Virus record (IMG/VR): IMGVR_UViG_3300036805_000167
Location: 64,001 to 128,000 of that record
Direction: 5' to 3' (one strand)
Length of the DNA stretch: 64,000 nucleotides
Source of the DNA: a virus
Taxonomy: Duplodnaviria > Caudoviricetes
Part shown: positions 62,082 through 64,000 of the stretch, in pieces
How the letters are laid out: each line of letters opens with the position of its first letter
Numbering within the stretch: the first letter of the stretch is position 1
Notes under the pieces: generated by a model
Told to the model about the DNA's origin: nothing
Database searches by the model: none
Seen by the model: the letters and a program-made list of their open reading frames with translations, nothing else
Translations under genes and position numbers: made by a program

Positions 62082-62110
62082 ACTCTAACGCTCTAGAGCG
62101 TTCAGCGCAA
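62082..62110 (-). promoter_or_regulatory. Promoter TTGCGC-N17-TAGAGT with 16-bp palindrome AACGCTCTAGAGCGTT
   Basis: Read on minus strand upstream of 62050. Confidence 0.7.
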
Positions 62111-62116
62111 AGCTGG

Positions 62117-62782
62117 TCACGTCGGCATCGGAGGCGATACCGCAGGGCAGCCGTTGCCGTGCTCCTCATCGGACAGCGTTTCGCCGAGGTGGCTCTTGAG
62201 CTCGCCAGCCTTCACCGAGCGCAAGCCATCGGAGCGATCAGCGAGCAGGCACCCGCTCAGCGCCCACTTGGCCCCTGGGCGCCGGTAGACCGCACAGGCC
62301 CACACGCCATCGGAGGGCTTAGCCGCCCTGACGACCGCTGTGGCGGTCGCAGGACCATCCTCGGGCTCAGGACCCTCGGAATAGGTCACCAGCGTCTCCC
62401 AGCCCGCCTGAGAGGCCAGTGTGGCGATCCTGCGGGCACCGGCGGGAACCTCATCGGAGACCGCTTCCCGTCCCGGCGTCTTCGGAGCACCTTTCGAGCG
62501 CCACCGCTTGGCCACCGGCTTGTCCCACGCCCTCGGCGCCGACCAGCCCGCGCCATCGGAGCGCCGATCCCGCGGCGGGTACGCGGCGATCTCCGCCGAG
62601 CGCACCCGAGCGCAGACGTGGAGCCCGAGCGCCGGCAGTCGCTCACACCGCGGCGAGCATCCCTCGCACGTCGGCATCGGCTGCGATCGGACCTGCCGCA
62701 TCGGAGCCGCTTCCTCGGCTTCCTCCTGGCGCCGCAGCAGCTCCGCCGAGATGTCGACGATCTCGGGGTCGTCATCGCTCAT
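62117..62782 (-). CDS. Hypothetical protein
   Basis: Coupled ORF. Confidence 0.5.
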   Translation of the reverse strand: MSDDDPEIVDISAELLRRQEEAEEAAPMRQVRSQPMPTCEGCSPRCERLPALGLHVCARVRSAEIAAYPPRDRRSDGAGWSAPRAWDKPVAKRWRSKGAPKTPGREAVSDEVPAGARRIATLASQAGWETLVTYSEGPEPEDGPATATAVVRAAKPSDGVWACAVYRRPGAKWALSGCLLADRSDGLRSVKAGELKSHLGETLSDEEHGNGCPAVSPPMPT

Positions 62783-63086
62783 CGGAGAGCCCTTCGCCGA
62801 GGGCTTGCTTCCACGCCGTCTGGAATGCCGCTAACGGGTCCATCGCCCAGACGAGCTGGAAAGCCCCGTACCCCTCGGCGACCTTCTCGTCGTCCCCCAA
62901 CTCCCTCGCGGTCACCGTCTCAACGACATCCCGCTCGCGGACCGTCAGCTCCCCGACGCCGAAATGTCCCGACAGCCACGAATACAACGCCAGGGTCACC
63001 ACGCCATCGGAGCGCTCGACGACCTCCCCCACTGGGCACCGACCATCGGAGAGTCCGAGTGCCATCACGGGTCGCTTCTCGTCCAT
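62772..63086 (-). CDS. Hypothetical protein
   Basis: AAGGAGG RBS; MDEKRPV. Confidence 0.6.
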   Translation of the reverse strand: MDEKRPVMALGLSDGRCPVGEVVERSDGVVTLALYSWLSGHFGVGELTVRERDVVETVTARELGDDEKVAEGYGAFQLVWAMDPLAAFQTAWKQALGEGLSDER

Positions 63087-63127
63087 CAAAGCCTCCTTCG
63101 TTGATCTTGTTTTCGAGGGTCTTCCGT

Positions 63128-63330
63128 CTGACACCTGACGGCCCTGACAGGTGAGGGGGCTCTACGAGACCCCCTCACTCAACCTGTCAGCAAAGGGCAG
63201 GGGTTACCTGTCAGCACCTGTCAGCACCTGTCAGCCCAGCTCAGTAGGGGTGTCAGCTACCTGTCAGCACCTGTCAGAACCACCTGTCAGCAAGGGTGTC
63301 AGCACCCCTTGCTGACACCCCTTGCTGACA
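63128..63330. repeat. TGTCAG/CTGACA repeat cluster (candidate replication origin)
   Basis: Nine TGTCAG (often CACCTGTCAG in 10-bp tandem) flanked by four CTGACA in opposite orientation. Confidence 0.8.
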
Positions 63331-63357
63331 GGACGAATCGGACACAGTTGTGGATCT

Positions 63358-64000
63358 TCATCGGAGATCGTTCCGCGCCGTCCAGACGTGCCGTCCGGTG
63401 GTGTTCTCGACCTTCCCGTCGGAGCCGTCTTTCCCGTCCGCAGGCGCGAGATAGCCCATCGCTCGAAGCGCCGACCAAGCTCGACGAACCGCGGGCTCGG
63501 AGTGTCCGCGACCCTTTCCGAGCCGAGTGACCGACAGCGCCGAGCTGGCCTGCACCCGCGAGACCCCGATGCCATCCGGGTCGGCAAGCCCAGCGTCGTG
63601 AGCCATGAACTTGGCCAGGTCGGGCACCGCGGCCTTGCCTGGTCCGTCGTAGTCATCGACGGCCCCGGGCATCGGAAGCTCAGCGGTCATCCATCTGCGC
63701 TCGACATCGCCCGGCAGTTCTCTCGGCGCGGGCAGGTCGACGTCGTCGCCCATCGGAAGCAGCACCGCGGCGTCGGTTCCGTCGGCCAGCGGGTGGTGGC
63801 GGAGGAAGAACTCCCATGTCTGTCCCGCCTCGCGCGCCTTGTCGCGGGTGACGCGCACGGTGACCTTGGGCGGGGACTGCTTGTCGTTCTCGACGAGCGC
63901 CTCGGTGTCCATGCCGCCCTCGGTGGAGTTGCCACCGCGGGCCCGGTCCGGAGCGGACAGTCCGGTGTGGTCGACGAGCAGCACGCAGCAGCCGGTGGCC
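63358..64000 (-). CDS. C-terminal part of RepA/AAA_25-type helicase (primase-helicase), partial
   Basis: GCCVLLVDHTG...RARGGNSTEGGMDT..., K.RE, C-terminal wHTH; extends beyond window. Confidence 0.7.
   Translation of the reverse strand, partial: ATGCCVLLVDHTGLSAPDRARGGNSTEGGMDTEALVENDKQSPPKVTVRVTRDKAREAGQTWEFFLRHHPLADGTDAAVLLPMGDDVDLPAPRELPGDVERRWMTAELPMPGAVDDYDGPGKAAVPDLAKFMAHDAGLADPDGIGVSRVQASSALSVTRLGKGRGHSEPAVRRAWSALRAMGYLAPADGKDGSDGKVENTTGRHVWTARNDLR

Noticed and set aside
1-64000. tRNA/rRNA genes, integrase, immunity repressor, known defence systems
   Set aside because: None recognisable by eye; they may lie outside the window, so lifestyle cannot be settled here.

Overview
The whole window looks like one GC-rich (roughly 70% by eye) actinobacteriophage or prophage segment. 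I see no host housekeeping genes, tRNA, CRISPR array or integrase. The minus strand from about 56.5 kb to 17.6 kb carries a complete siphovirus late region: TerS, TerL, portal with a MuF-like C-terminus, protease, hexamer- and pentamer-type capsid proteins, tail, tape measure, tail spikes and fibres, and a GH25 endolysin with holins. Extra cargo in that region includes a propeptide-less sedolisin, a thermonuclease, a polysaccharide lyase and an antisense HNH endonuclease. The right end holds early and replication genes (a DUF3631-type ATPase and a partial RepA/AAA_25-type helicase), each next to its own iteron-like array, plus a family of leaderless TTG-N16/17-TAGAGT promoters with CTAG palindromes. 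The left 16 kb holds two paralogous Streptomyces-plasmid/AICE-like transfer modules (HEXXH peptidase, Spd-like membrane/SAP protein, TraB/FtsK translocase), followed by a class F sortase and its likely substrate. The most striking item is a 349-aa intein (13002-14048) that splits the Walker A motif of the second TraB. It has no endonuclease in its own frame but fully nests an HTH-HNH endonuclease gene on the opposite strand, with its own RBS. All family calls come from motif recognition by eye; no database searches were run.
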